A stretch of 54,636 nucleotides of DNA, filler included, from Dirinaria sp. TL-2023a (taxonomy: Eukaryota), in NCBI GenBank assembly GCA_051941275.1. It is 2 parts of 2 records of this genome, joined end to end, with 100 filler letters (N's around TTAATTAATTAA, not from the genome) between each part and the next. Parts side by side here need not be neighbours in the genome. Positions count along the whole stretch, not along the records: positions 1 to 27,342 come from JAVEBF010000145.1; 1 more part is not named here. One strand, written 5' to 3'. A model generated the notes under the pieces. That model was not told the DNA's origin. It ran no database searches and was given only the letters and a program-made list of their open reading frames with translations. A program made the translations under genes and the position numbers. Positions 1 through 11,363 of this stretch are shown piece by piece (positions within the stretch are counted from its first letter, which is position 1; each line of letters begins with the position of its first letter).

Positions 1-335
1 ATCCCCATCCTTCCCCCACCGGGCCACCGAGCCCCATCGCACAGCCTAGACTAGTAACCCGTCCAACCGATAATCTTCCCTGGTGAGGAAAGCTTATTGT
101 GGCGCGTGTCTTGGGCGGAGCCCACACTACTTCGCCCACTCACAGTTAGAACACTCATAGAAGCTTGAATCCGGCTACCTTACCTGCAGGTGTCTAACGC
201 GTAGCGTTAATCCTCTAAAGAATAATAATAATGGATCTCTTCAAATGATGTCTGATCATTTAGGAATCTTTAAAAGCCTCTGGCCATTGGCACATATCTC
301 GTGGTTGCCGTCTGAACTGTTGCGAGGCCTGCTCG

Positions 336-2286
336 ATGTCCACTAGAGGTCATGCTGCCACCCAAAACACCAAGCGCCTCTCCGAGAAAGACCTGTAAGT
401 TTTTGCCAACATCCATGTTACGGCTTGCCCGCCGACTCTTTTCAGTGAAACAGTCAGACTATCAGACCAGGAGCAAAGTAAATTCAAGACTTTAGTTGCA
501 ACGAGCAAAGACTACTCTGAAAGCGAGAAGGCGGCGTGCAACTTTGACACATTTGCAGCATTCGATGTATTCTGGCAGAAGACCAATGATGCCAAGGAAG
601 AATTCGATCAAAGCCATGAGAAGGGCTGCGGGCTATGGTCAAAGAGCTACCAAAGTTCAGCCGTCGTGGCTCGCAACTTCATGAAAGACTTCTCACCGAT
701 CATCGACATCGTAAGAGACTTCGGTGCGCCGTATGGTGGGATGGCAGTGGGCGTAGTCTCGGTTCTTTTCGCAGTATGGTTTCCACGCTCTATGATTTCG
801 AGAATTGCGTGCACCAACATGTATTCCAGGTCGCAGGTAATAAGGACGATATGGAAAAGACCTTAGCCTCAGCTCTATTTGCCATCAAAGATCGGTTACC
901 AGGACTGAACTTGTATCAACATATCTATAATGATAACCATGAGCTAGACATGAGACTTCAAACTCGGATTGTATCAGCATATCAGGGTTTTATTGGATTC
1001 TGTATTGAAGCATCGAAGTATTATAAGGGCGGTGGTCCACGTAAGTATCGCCCTCGTGTACCGGTATCGAAACGATAATTGAGATGATCTTATGACATTT
1101 CGCACTTTAGGGAGGTGGCTGAAAGCCTTTGGAAGGCCCAATAGCATTCTTGACAAGGTGGCCAAGGTTCAGAGTGATATAGTGGATATCCGACTATTGT
1201 GCGATGAGCTACTCGATAAGAATGTACATTTTATCAAGCAATTAAACCTCAGTAAGTCCTAAACCGCCTCGTGCGAGCTTCGCCAAGGCTGATCCGATAA
1301 GCAGACCAGAAAGTGACAATCGAAGGTTAGATGCCGTATCCTTAGATCATATTCTATTGACTAAATGCCATACAGGACTTGAGGACCAAATACAGCGTAC
1401 TGCATTCCCTTTTCCATTTATATAAGCCCGCTCATACGGGTATCTAGAACTACTAGGAGCCCAGGACAATAATATGCTTAATGAAATCCAACGGCATCTC
1501 AACTTATCCAATTTCTCATACGAAAATCATCATAAAGGACTAGACGAGTACCAGAAGGCGTTAGAATCCGATGAGCAGCTCAACGCGCCCTACTTCGAGC
1601 AGATGCGAGGCCGTCGGCTCGACTTATTTAAAGCCGACAAGGATTATCAGTCGTGGAACTATTCCGATCAATCATGTCTTTTGATCCTGTCAGGCCATAA
1701 TAACAGGAGCATATCTGACATAGATCAGTGTTGGCTTTCTCCTATCGCCACGGCCCTAATTCAAGATTTTAATCCCTGTCCCAGTAACTTAGCTTACTCG
1801 TACTACATTTTCCATCCACAGGGTGAATTGCTCTACCGATCTCTCTCGGTGATCCTGCTGCAACTGCTCAACCGAAAGCGCCAAGCGCTGAGAGACAAGT
1901 CACAGTACGACGAGTTCCGCGCCGCCCTGTACGAACTGCAGAATGTCGAACACCAAGGGAGGAGCATCATGGACATTGAGGACGAGAGGCTAGCTGCTTT
2001 CCACAAGGTTTCCCTTCGAGTGCTGAATTTCTTCCATGAGTCAGAACATGTTTATATCATCATCGACCGAGCTGACCGATGTTGCGATTTGAAGAAGGGC
2101 TCGGACCACCGAAAGACTTTGCTAAAGACACTTGTCAGGATGGTGGAGGCCGCACGGTGTACGCTAAAAGTGCTGGTGGTGATTAATGGCGACCAGTGGG
2201 ATGTAGAGCGCCGAAAGGACGAGCTTGGGCAGAAAATCAAAGGGAAGGTTATCGTGCACACTGCAGAGCAAGGGGATAGCTCCTGA
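336..2286 (+). CDS. NLR/NACHT-like protein (about 539 aa, 7 exons): helical N-terminal domain, coiled coil, degenerate NACHT-like C-terminal domain
   Basis: Exons 336-394, 446-773, 830-1040, 1111-1251, 1305-1325, 1376-1396 and 1448-2286 have GT..AG boundaries and join into one 1620-nt frame. The N-terminus (FSPIIDIVRDFGAPYGGMAVGVVSVLF) resembles N-terminal domains of fungal NACHT proteins. YQSW..SDQSCLLILSG and VYIIIDRADRC lie where Walker A and Walker B would be. Confidence 0.75.
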
Positions 2287-2643
2287 AAGAATGGAAGAGC
2301 TGCGCAACAACAAATCGCGACGCGACATCGGTAATGGGATGGAAGTGCCAGGCAAGCGCACAGCTGTGGTAGTTATTTGGCGTAACAATGTGTATGAAAG
2401 AAACTTTTGCTTTCAAAGCAACGATACTTTGTAATTAGATGATGTTGATCTTCCAAGGCCGAGGCCGCCACCCTTATAACGTCTGCGGGAAGAGAAGAGG
2501 CCTTTCATGTACTTGGGCATCCGTAGCTGTCTTATAGTGCTGATCAAGTTGCGAAGGTTGTTGACGACTGTTGAGTTTCACATGAGAAGTAGATATGCTT
2601 CAAGGTATTTTATATCATGTTATTTGATTTCGCCTTACTTGCA

Positions 2644-2804
2644 CAAGCGGGTGAACATGGCGCAGTGGTAAACACTGTGCCTGTGTGCAACAACCCAAAA
2701 TCCCGATGAAGACTGAACTCTAGCCTCTGCGCTTATAGTACAGGGCATACCAGCAGGGATCTGGTAAGGTCAGCCTCACAAGTTGAGGGATCATCTTTAA
2801 TTTT
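2644..2804 (+). ncRNA. Putative Pol III-type / tRNA-derived non-coding unit, copy A
   Basis: TATA-like TTTATAT 2609-2615, A-box TGGCGCAGTGG 2658-2668, hairpin CCTCA/TGAGG 2774-2788 and T-rich end 2796-2804. Shares collinear blocks with 25017-25154. Confidence 0.45.
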
Positions 2805-3469
2805 GCTATTTCTCATTTTCGTTCTATGGGATATGTAAGTATTAATGTCTTCCCCGCCCAACAACAGGAAGAAGTGATGGACATCAGGCGCGCGCAAACC
2901 CGCGCCCCTGTGAAATGGTTTTGCTTCGTCCAGTACAATAAAGGACCTCGCCAGAGTCCCGTGATTGATTAGGGCTAAATTTAGAACCTGCACTTCGCTA
3001 GAAGCCGCGAGGGTCCTGAGCAGTCATACTGCGGTAAGACAGGTCATTGATACGAGAATAGGAGGTTCTGGTCAAGTATTGGAGTATCCTCGCACAAAAA
3101 CTGCTTCTACCACCTATAACACATTTAATATTGTTTGAATCTGATGATTTGTTAAGGCGGATGATATAGGAAGCAGCCTACCTCAAGACAGCTAATGGGC
3201 ATCGCAAAATCAGCGCACTAGTCACTTTCATCCACGATCAGGCTCTCAGTCACCGGGTAATTGCAGGCAGTAAGTCGTAATTTGGATGTGTCCGCTCTGG
3301 TTTGGCACTCAAGCGCGTTATAGACTGTTATCGTTGTCTCCAAGGAGAAATACATTTCAATTACCATTTCTCATCGAGTCGATTTTGAAAGTTGAAGCGT
3401 CAGTAGCAGCCCGCATACTATACTTGTCCCTCAATCAACATTGATACATACCAATTCCTACTCACTGCA

Positions 3470-4770
3470 TTGGCTTCCAACATAGACCCTGCTCATAATG
3501 CGTGCGTCGAGGCGTTGTGCCAGGAGTATATCGACCCAGAGTGTCAGTATGAGTACGAGTACGATAACAAAGCATCGCCAGAGGATCCTAAAATCCCCAA
3601 CTCGAGACCGTTCGAGATCTACGATAAACAGGACCGCAACATGGCCGTTACCCTCCCGTCGAGGGGGCTTTTCGGCGACTGCAAGCCACCGATAGAATAG
3701 TTAGTCACATGTGAAGCCACTGCTATCGCAAGAGGAGTATGATATCTTGTCCACTTGAAGTACGTGGAAAATTAACGGAGAAACTCAAACGGGGCAATAA
3801 AGTGGATGGTGAAATTAACAGCATTATCCTCAGGTCATTGATTAACAAATGCGGCAAAAATCTCGACGATCAAAAAGTCATCGATTGGGCTGTGCACGTA
3901 ATGTACAAGTCTTCGAAGACTGGTAGAATCAGATGATTCTAGGAAGATGATGGGCAGTAATTATGTATTTTCGGGATCTGGACATGAGCAATGCTGGGTT
4001 TGGACGATCTAGGATTACCGTACAATGAGCTTTAGGAGCGAAGAAGAGAGATTGACTGTATAGACTGGAAACACCTACATCCAAGAAACTTGTGAACAGC
4101 TCAGGACCAGCGCATGCAAGAGTCCTAAAACTGTCCGGGAACGCATACGCACAGAGAAGAACCTGAAAGAGAAGAACCTAAAGGAGAAGGAGTTTTGGAA
4201 AGCTTTAGTTCTGCTTACATCTGCGCATGGTCATGAGTAAGTTATGTATCAATCGTTCTCCGGAATTAAGTTGATGTTGGTCATTCACAGTAGCAAAGAG
4301 CGTCGCAGCATCATACGCATAATGCCATACAAGGAGTTCCAGACATGATTCGAGCAAGCGCAACCCGCGGAGCAATTTGATACATATCTACGAATCAAAG
4401 ATAAGGTATGTGCCTGTTGTAATTATTTCCTAACAAAGCAGGTACACGCGAACAAGCAAGCACCAGCGACAGGATCAGCTGTTGAACGTTCGTCCCGGAA
4501 CTTTACCCGAAGAGATCGACGACGTGGGCAAGAGAAGACCCACCGCAGATAGGAGGTTGTTCCAGCGATACTCTAAACATGGAGTTCCGAGTCTGATCGC
4601 AGCTTTCCCTCCTTTGAATAATCGTGCCACGAAGCATTCAGTAGTGTCATCTTGCGGCTGCAGCTGCACCGGGCTCCGGAGGTGCAACAATAAATGATCA
4701 TGCAATGGTAAAACACGATGCTGGTGGCATGCCAAGATTCTTGGAATGGCGAGAATCATAAAGTACATGA
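3470..4770 (+). pseudogene. Possible decayed protein-coding relic of unknown family
   Basis: Consecutive protein-like + strand fragments (3470-3700, 3739-3936, KNLKEKNLKEKEFWKALVLL near 4155-4215, Cys-rich CGCSCTGLRRCNNK near 4650-4695) broken by stops. Intron-like GTAAGT..CACAG at about 4237-4290. Confidence 0.3.
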
Positions 4771-5287
4771 GAGTGCGGGATTCCGAACAAAGCTTGGCTC
4801 CGAAGAGGAGCTGAAGAAATCGATAAACTGTAAAGTGTTGTTAGCGTTAGGAGGGAAAAAAGGGGGTACTTGAGAACTCCCAACACGGCTGCGGATGCCG
4901 CCGGAGTGACCCTGCCTGAGGTTTTATCATAGGGGCAAGACTAGCCGTGACTGCTTCCATTTACTCTCTACAATAAGTGGAGCCGCGGATACCGCCTCGA
5001 CCCTACATGATGGGCAGCTGCTTACATTACACATGTACGCTGCAGCGGTGCGCGATAGGTACCGATCTAGCAGCAATCTTTCGGAACATGCCTCACGCTC
5101 TTCCGACTGCTTGTTGATCGCAGCTTCACACGCTACCTTGCTGCATGAACACGCTAGCCAGGCTTTTTCGTGGGAACGACAAACTCTTTCCACTTGTACG
5201 TGCATCCAGCAGAAAAAGAACGCTCGTGGTAGAGATACTGCCGATCTATGTGGATGTCCGAGCGAGCTTTAATTTCCATCCCTGATC

Positions 5288-6135
5288 ATGAGTCTTCAAC
5301 TCCATGTCTGCGAAGATGGAGACATGAATGATGCCTTCGCCATCATCTCCAACGCTTTTGGCCGTGAGCACCCTTATATCGACGCCGTCTACCCAGATCA
5401 CGATCAGCCCCTCGGCCGCGAACGTGGAGGCGAGCGCCTCCTCGCTGTCAAGCATTCTGATCCAAATACTACTTTTCTGAAAGTGGTAGATCCCAGAACA
5501 ACAGAAATTGTGGCAGTGGCGAAATGGAATGTTTACGATGGCGTTGTACCTGAAGAATTTGTGCCTGATGGTCCGTTTTGGCCAAGCCAAGACGAGAAGG
5601 AACTCGCGCAGCACATGTTCCATGGGTTTAATGTGCCCAGAATGAAGGCGATTAGAGAGTCTGGTGGGAACCTGGTCTGTGAGTCACTCAACATGCTCGT
5701 CCGAGACATGGCGCCCAAGTATCACTCTAACTGCTTCATCACTGCAAAAGCAATGGACTTGCTGACTGTTGCCCCGCGAGCGCAAAAACGGGGTGCGGGC
5801 CGAATGCTCGTAAGGTGGGGAACAGCTATTGCGGATAAGATGGGCGTCGAAGTTTGTCATTATCTGTTGATCTGTTGCAGGCCCTGCAACTTTTCATCTG
5901 GCTGATATGTGACTGTGTGAAGACAGTGGTTGAGGCAAGCGATCAAGCACGTCATTTGTACGAGTCAGAAGGCTTTGAATATGTGGAGCATTACACAGTG
6001 TCTTTGCCAAAAAAATGGGCGGGAAGGGATCGGCAAAAGTTCGACTGGATGGTGAGGCCAGCCAAAAAGAAGGGACAAAGTCTCAACAGTGACGACCACA
6101 TCAATATTAGTATGAAGGCAGAGATCAACCAGTAG
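5288..6135 (+). CDS. GNAT-family N-acetyltransferase (3 exons)
   Basis: FLKVVD..T.EIVAVAKW, acetyl-CoA motif A (DLLTVAPRAQKRGAGRMLVRWG) and VEASDQARHLYESEGF. Two GT-AG introns link ORFs 5288-5905 and 5854-6135. Confidence 0.88.
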
Positions 6136-7012
6136 CTCTTAAAGGCACGTATGCTTCCTTAATTCCTGCAACAAACATGACCTGATGGCTAATTGGCTGA
6201 GTAGTTCGAGACTAGTGAGCTGCATAATGCTTAGTTTGAATGTCATGAGACTAAACATGTTGTGACATATCATAATTGCCCCTGAAATAGAGTTGTACCG
6301 AGAACTGTGTGCAAGGCGGCTAGGAGGCCAACAAGGGGCGAGATCTGTGTCAAAATATCGACCCTTGAGGCGCGATCATTTGCTGTGATGGTCGATGGAT
6401 CATCGATCGAATTGCGCTGCCGCCTAAATAAATTGCATGTTCTGAAGCGTTTACGCTGAATTAGCGAGCCTCAAGCATGGATTCGATCCAGTTCTCTGGC
6501 CTCCAACCTGCCTCTTCTCGCGGCTCCATGCATTAGCACAGGGAAAGCTTGTGGGCCACAATCGAACCTTCAGTCCTTCATGCACAAAGTGCATCATACT
6601 TTCAAGTCAGTGTTGAGTATAGCCGACGACTAAGGTAAGCTCTAGCATTGCTAAAGTAGAAGCCGAGGCAGCGACCATAAAGGGAAGGAGGGTGCATGCA
6701 TTGAGCTTCTATATCTATGCAGGCTCACTGGCGCTGGTAGTTTCCTGAACGCACGACAGTGCTCGATCGGCTAGAGACCCTTGGCATCCAACGGAATCTT
6801 GCAGAGTGCAAGCATTCCGAAAGTAACTTTGTTGTTACATCGCAGTACAATGATTCTTACCGATGCTGCCGGACGATATGCAGAAACCTATCATTGGCCT
6901 TTGATACTTGATATTTCATTCGTGTTTCAACGTTTTTTCTTTTTCTTCTTTTTGTGTGCAAAAACGACGAGAGACTAAGGCCCACTCTTGAAGCTGCAGT
7001 CTTAGTAGCATT

Positions 7013-9025
7013 ATGGCTTTCAGTGAGAAAGGGTATTCGATGCAAGCGGCAGCAACGCAAGAGGACGTCTCAATAGACAACTCGCAACAGCGCCGCGAAA
7101 ACAGCATCACCAGAGACGAGGACGCGATTGCGCGATTTGGCAAAAAGCAGCAGCTGAGGGTGAGTTATAATTCGGTAGTCCGCGACCTCTGGCAGCAGAA
7201 CCGGAAAGCTGATATTGTGACCGCCAGCGCAATTTCGGCTTGCTGTCCATGACAGGCCTCACATGTACTTTGATGATAACATGGGAAGGGACCTTGAGGT
7301 CAGTATAATGTTGAGGCCTATACAAAAAGTGTCGTTTTTCTCCGAAATGACAGATTGGCAGTGCTTTTCAATCTGGGCTCTTTAATGGAGGTCCTTCCGG
7401 ACTAACATACGGATTTCTCTTTACCTGGATTGGGACGGGTCTACAGACACTTGTAATGGCTGAAATGGCGTCAATGTCGGTCTTCAGATAGGAAGATGCC
7501 TTCAAACTCTGCTAAATGCTGTTGGAACAGGATACCGCTTGCCGGCGGCCAGTACAATTGGTACGAACCTGATACTCGGCCGGTCGACCCTACAGAACAG
7601 TCTATGATAACAAAGCTTCAGGGTGGCAATCCTCGCTCCGAAACAGTTTTCGAAATTCCTGAGCTACTTGACGGGATGGATGACAGTCATAGCCTGGCAA
7701 GCAGGACTGGCCAGCTGTGCGTTTCTGGGAGGAACAATGACACAGGGTTTGCTGGTTCTAAATTATGAGAGTTATGTGTTTGAAAGATGGCATGGTACCC
7801 TGCTCTTCTATGCCATCATTCTCCTTAGCCTCTTCATAAACACCTTTCTCGCCCGCCTACTCCCAAAGATCGAAACGGCAATGCTCCTGATCCATGTCGC
7901 CGGCTTCTTCTGTATTCTGATTCCAATGGTGTATCTTGCATCCCACGGTACGGCTAAAGACGTTTTTGCTACATTCTCAGATGGTGGAGATTGGAGTTCT
8001 TCAGGCGTAGCTTTCTTCGTGGGACTTTCTACCAGCATGTTTTCTTTCATAGGTATTTTTTTCAAAACCAACCCTCATTTGCATGGAATGCAAGTATTGA
8101 ACAATGTGCAGGAATTGACACCGCGTCACATATGGGTCAGTGAGGTTTCCTCCTCCCTTTTCCTTTTGACATCGCAAATTGACCTTCTCACTGCTGAACA
8201 GCGGAAGAAATCGAGGAAGCAACAACCGTTATTCCAAAAAGTATGATTATATCAGTTGCTTTAAACGGTGTACTCGGATTTGCCATCGTAATCGCAACCC
8301 TCTTCTGTCTGGGGGATGAGAATAATGCTATAAATTCGTCCACAGGATACCCCATCATTGAAGTCTTCCTCAACGCTACAGGCTCCAACGCCGCCGCAAA
8401 TGCCATGGTTCGTTTCTCCAATTCAAAACAACAACATGAAAGCCAATCATCTAAAGTCATGGCTAAACATGGACAGACCTCCGTCCTTATCGCAGCATTT
8501 ATCTTCGCCGCCATCGGCGGCCTTACTACAGCCTCGCGCATGGCATGGGCATTTGCTCGAGAGCGCGGTCTCCCTGGCTCAAGCGTGCTGGCAAGGGTCG
8601 ATCAGCGCACCTCCCTCCCGCTGTACACCATTGCCCTCACAACGCTCACCTCCCTGCTCCTCGCCCTCATCAACATCGGCTCGTCCAAAGCCTTCAACGC
8701 CCTCACCTCCCTCGTCATCGCCGCCTTCTACTCCTCCTTCCTCATCTCCGCCGCCTGCTTCCTACACAAGCAACTCACCACCCCAAAAGCTGAGATACCC
8801 TACGGGCTGTTCACGCTTGGGAAGGCAAGCTTGCCTGTAATAGTGTTGGCGATAATTTTCAGTGTCATTGGCATCTTCTTCTCCTTTTGGCCCACCGTCT
8901 CGCAAGTCTCGGCGCCGACCATGAATTGGTCAGTAGTCGTATTCGGCGGTGCCTTGACATTCAGCTTGCTCTTCTGGGCGGTCCACGGGCGTAAGGTTTA
9001 TACCGGGCCCCTCATTGAGCTTTGA
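7013..9025 (+). CDS. APC-superfamily amino acid permease (GABA/choline transporter type), multi-exon
   Basis: Spliced frame gives GKKQQLRRNFGLLS, GGPSGLTYGF, AEMASMIPLAGGQYNWV, SHMAEEI, ASRMAWAFARERGLP and MNWSVVVF..GRKVYTGP, with many hydrophobic helices. Confidence 0.92.
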
Positions 9026-10226
9026 CACCATATAGAATTCTTTCACACTATTGCTTTTCTTGCCCAGCCATCAATTACTTCCACCACAAACGAATCGCAG
9101 ATTTAAATGAGTTTTTGACTACGAACACGGTAGCAACTAGGGAGAGAGGAGAATCTACCAACGGAGCTTACAGAGAGCAAAAACTATATATACGCAACGC
9201 CAGGCGATACAAATGAATAACTTGTTGTCGAATCCTCCTTGTTTCGAATGGTTGGGTTAGATTAATTCACATGCCAAATTTCTCCATGAAAAGGATGCTC
9301 CAATGGGTTTTACATTTCCACAACTGTCACTGAAGATAGGTATACCTTCAAAGTCAGAAATGGTAAGGACCAAACCAGTAGAAGAAACGGCAGAAGTATC
9401 TTCTTCGAGCATAAAGGCCTCATCTTGAGGCGAGTCGCCGCTGAAAGAACCGAAGTCATGGGTCGCCATGGGCGCCTCAAAACACGAAAATCGTGACCTA
9501 TTCAACCACACGTTCCCTTTCCCTCCCGGAGCTCTTCGAACTGAAGCTTTGATCCCAGATCCAAGTGGTTATATGGTAAATTTTGCTCTTTCCTTTTTCC
9601 TCTCTCAACACAAAAAAAGGAGGAACCTTTCGTGTACTTTTAAACCCCCGCCGAGTCCTCAGACTTTATGGACCGAAGGCTCGAAAGCCTAGCGCTGGTG
9701 CCCCATGAAAGATTAAATATCGTTGTTGTACAAAGTTTTGTCTTGGACTCTCTGAGAACGACTTATTGTTACAACCAAAGTGGGAACACAACAATTTTTC
9801 AAAAGAAGGCCAGGCTTGATAAAGAAAGTGGATCAGTCTGTGCCGTGTGCCATGTAGATGTAGCGCTTTCAATCGGCAGAGTCTCTACCGACCGATCGAT
9901 CACTGTAAATTCGACAATGCTGAATAGTGTGGGACAAGCGTTGATGATGTGCGGCATTGCTTGTCCACGATAAACTGTTTGTGAAGTGATAGATGTCACT
10001 GCATTTTGTACTGCAGTTGCTCGAGGACTTAGCGCTGATCGCGATAACAAACCCTTATCTGATCGCGTCACACTAAGCCTCATATGGCACTCTTTTACGG
10101 GAATAGCAAATCTCCCGCGCATAGCTACCCGCGTAAGCGCGTCTCCGCAAACATCCCAAATAAACACCGCTGAATATCTCCAGCGAACAAGTCCAATCGT
10201 CTTCTATAAGCAACCCCAACCTCACG

Positions 10227-11041
10227 ATGCCATCAGCAAACCCATCTCGTACCCCGTCGCCCGCCGCTCCTCCGCCCGTAGCCCTGACCCCTGGTCCGCG
10301 TGCCTCGAACCTGCACGCCTCCTTCACAAACGCCCTCACGCACACGCTGCGCACATGTTCCTACCCAGCCTTCAGCGCCTGCTTCCCCACGCCCGCAGAA
10401 CATGCAGTCCCCATCCTCAAGAGCGTACATACACAGATCACGGCGAAGATCGAAGAGAGCGCGCAGCGGGAGTTCGAGGAGATACTGGTGGAGAGAAATG
10501 TGGTGAGGGGGTTGAACGAGTTGGAGAGGCTGATGGGGGAGGCGGCGCGCAGGAGAAGGGAGGGGGTTCTGGATGGGCCTGGCGTCGCGTGTGTACCACC
10601 AGCACTCTTTTTTTTTTTTTTTCCATCCACATAACTCCCCATTTTGGTTTTTGTTTTTGGGTCTATATGTTTTCTCGATTGTTCTTCGTCTGTCCCTGCT
10701 TATGCTAATATCGACGGACGTGGAAAACAAGGCCACACACACTACCCCCCGAACCGCTTTATCTGGCGCATCTGGCGCCGTATCTTGCGAGCGCGGAACA
10801 GGACCTCCAGAAGGAGCTGAGTGAGGTTCAAGCCGAGAATGAGAGCCTGACGCGCGGCATCCAGGCGCAGAGAGAGCAGGTGGAGGGATTGTTGCAGGGG
10901 CTAGAGGCCATGGTCACGGATTTAGAGGGTGCAAATAAAGTCATGGGGGAGGTGGTTGACAGAAGTGAGATCAAGAAGGAAACGGTCGGCTTGGATGATG
11001 AGTTAAGGGCTACTGGGAGGGAGCTGGAAATGAAACTGTAA
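10227..11041 (+). CDS. NNF1: Kinetochore MIND/Mis12 complex subunit Nnf1
   Basis: PGPRA..L...F..AL..TL..CSY..F.ACFPT and EFEEILVERNVVRGLNELE. One T-rich intron (about 10590-10730), then PHTLPPEPLYLAHLAPYL and a coiled coil ending at TAA 11039-11041. Confidence 0.88.
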
Positions 11042-11363
11042 AGGTAGGCAGGTATGAATTGGGGCTTCTTGGATGTGGACGGCGTCAGAAAGGCGTCAGA
11101 TGAACGCTATTTTCGGGCAACAGTTGCACGCATATTGGGGTATTATGGTTCTACAGGAGTCTCCGGCCCAGAGGGCCATGCTTGCTTCCCGGTATTCCTG
11201 CACCGTGTCGCGGGGGGAGAGTAGGATGGGAAGTTCTAGCGAAGAGCTTCCATAACGCCATGGATACCTCCACGTATCCCAACGACTAGAAATCTGGTAT
11301 GTCCACTAACCCACATCCACATCCTTCGGAACACCGTCGCAATGCATCAGCTAGAGCTGTCCA

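Noticed and set aside
9257..9511. Short minus-strand ORF between the permease and NNF1
   Set aside because: No motif or homology evidence.
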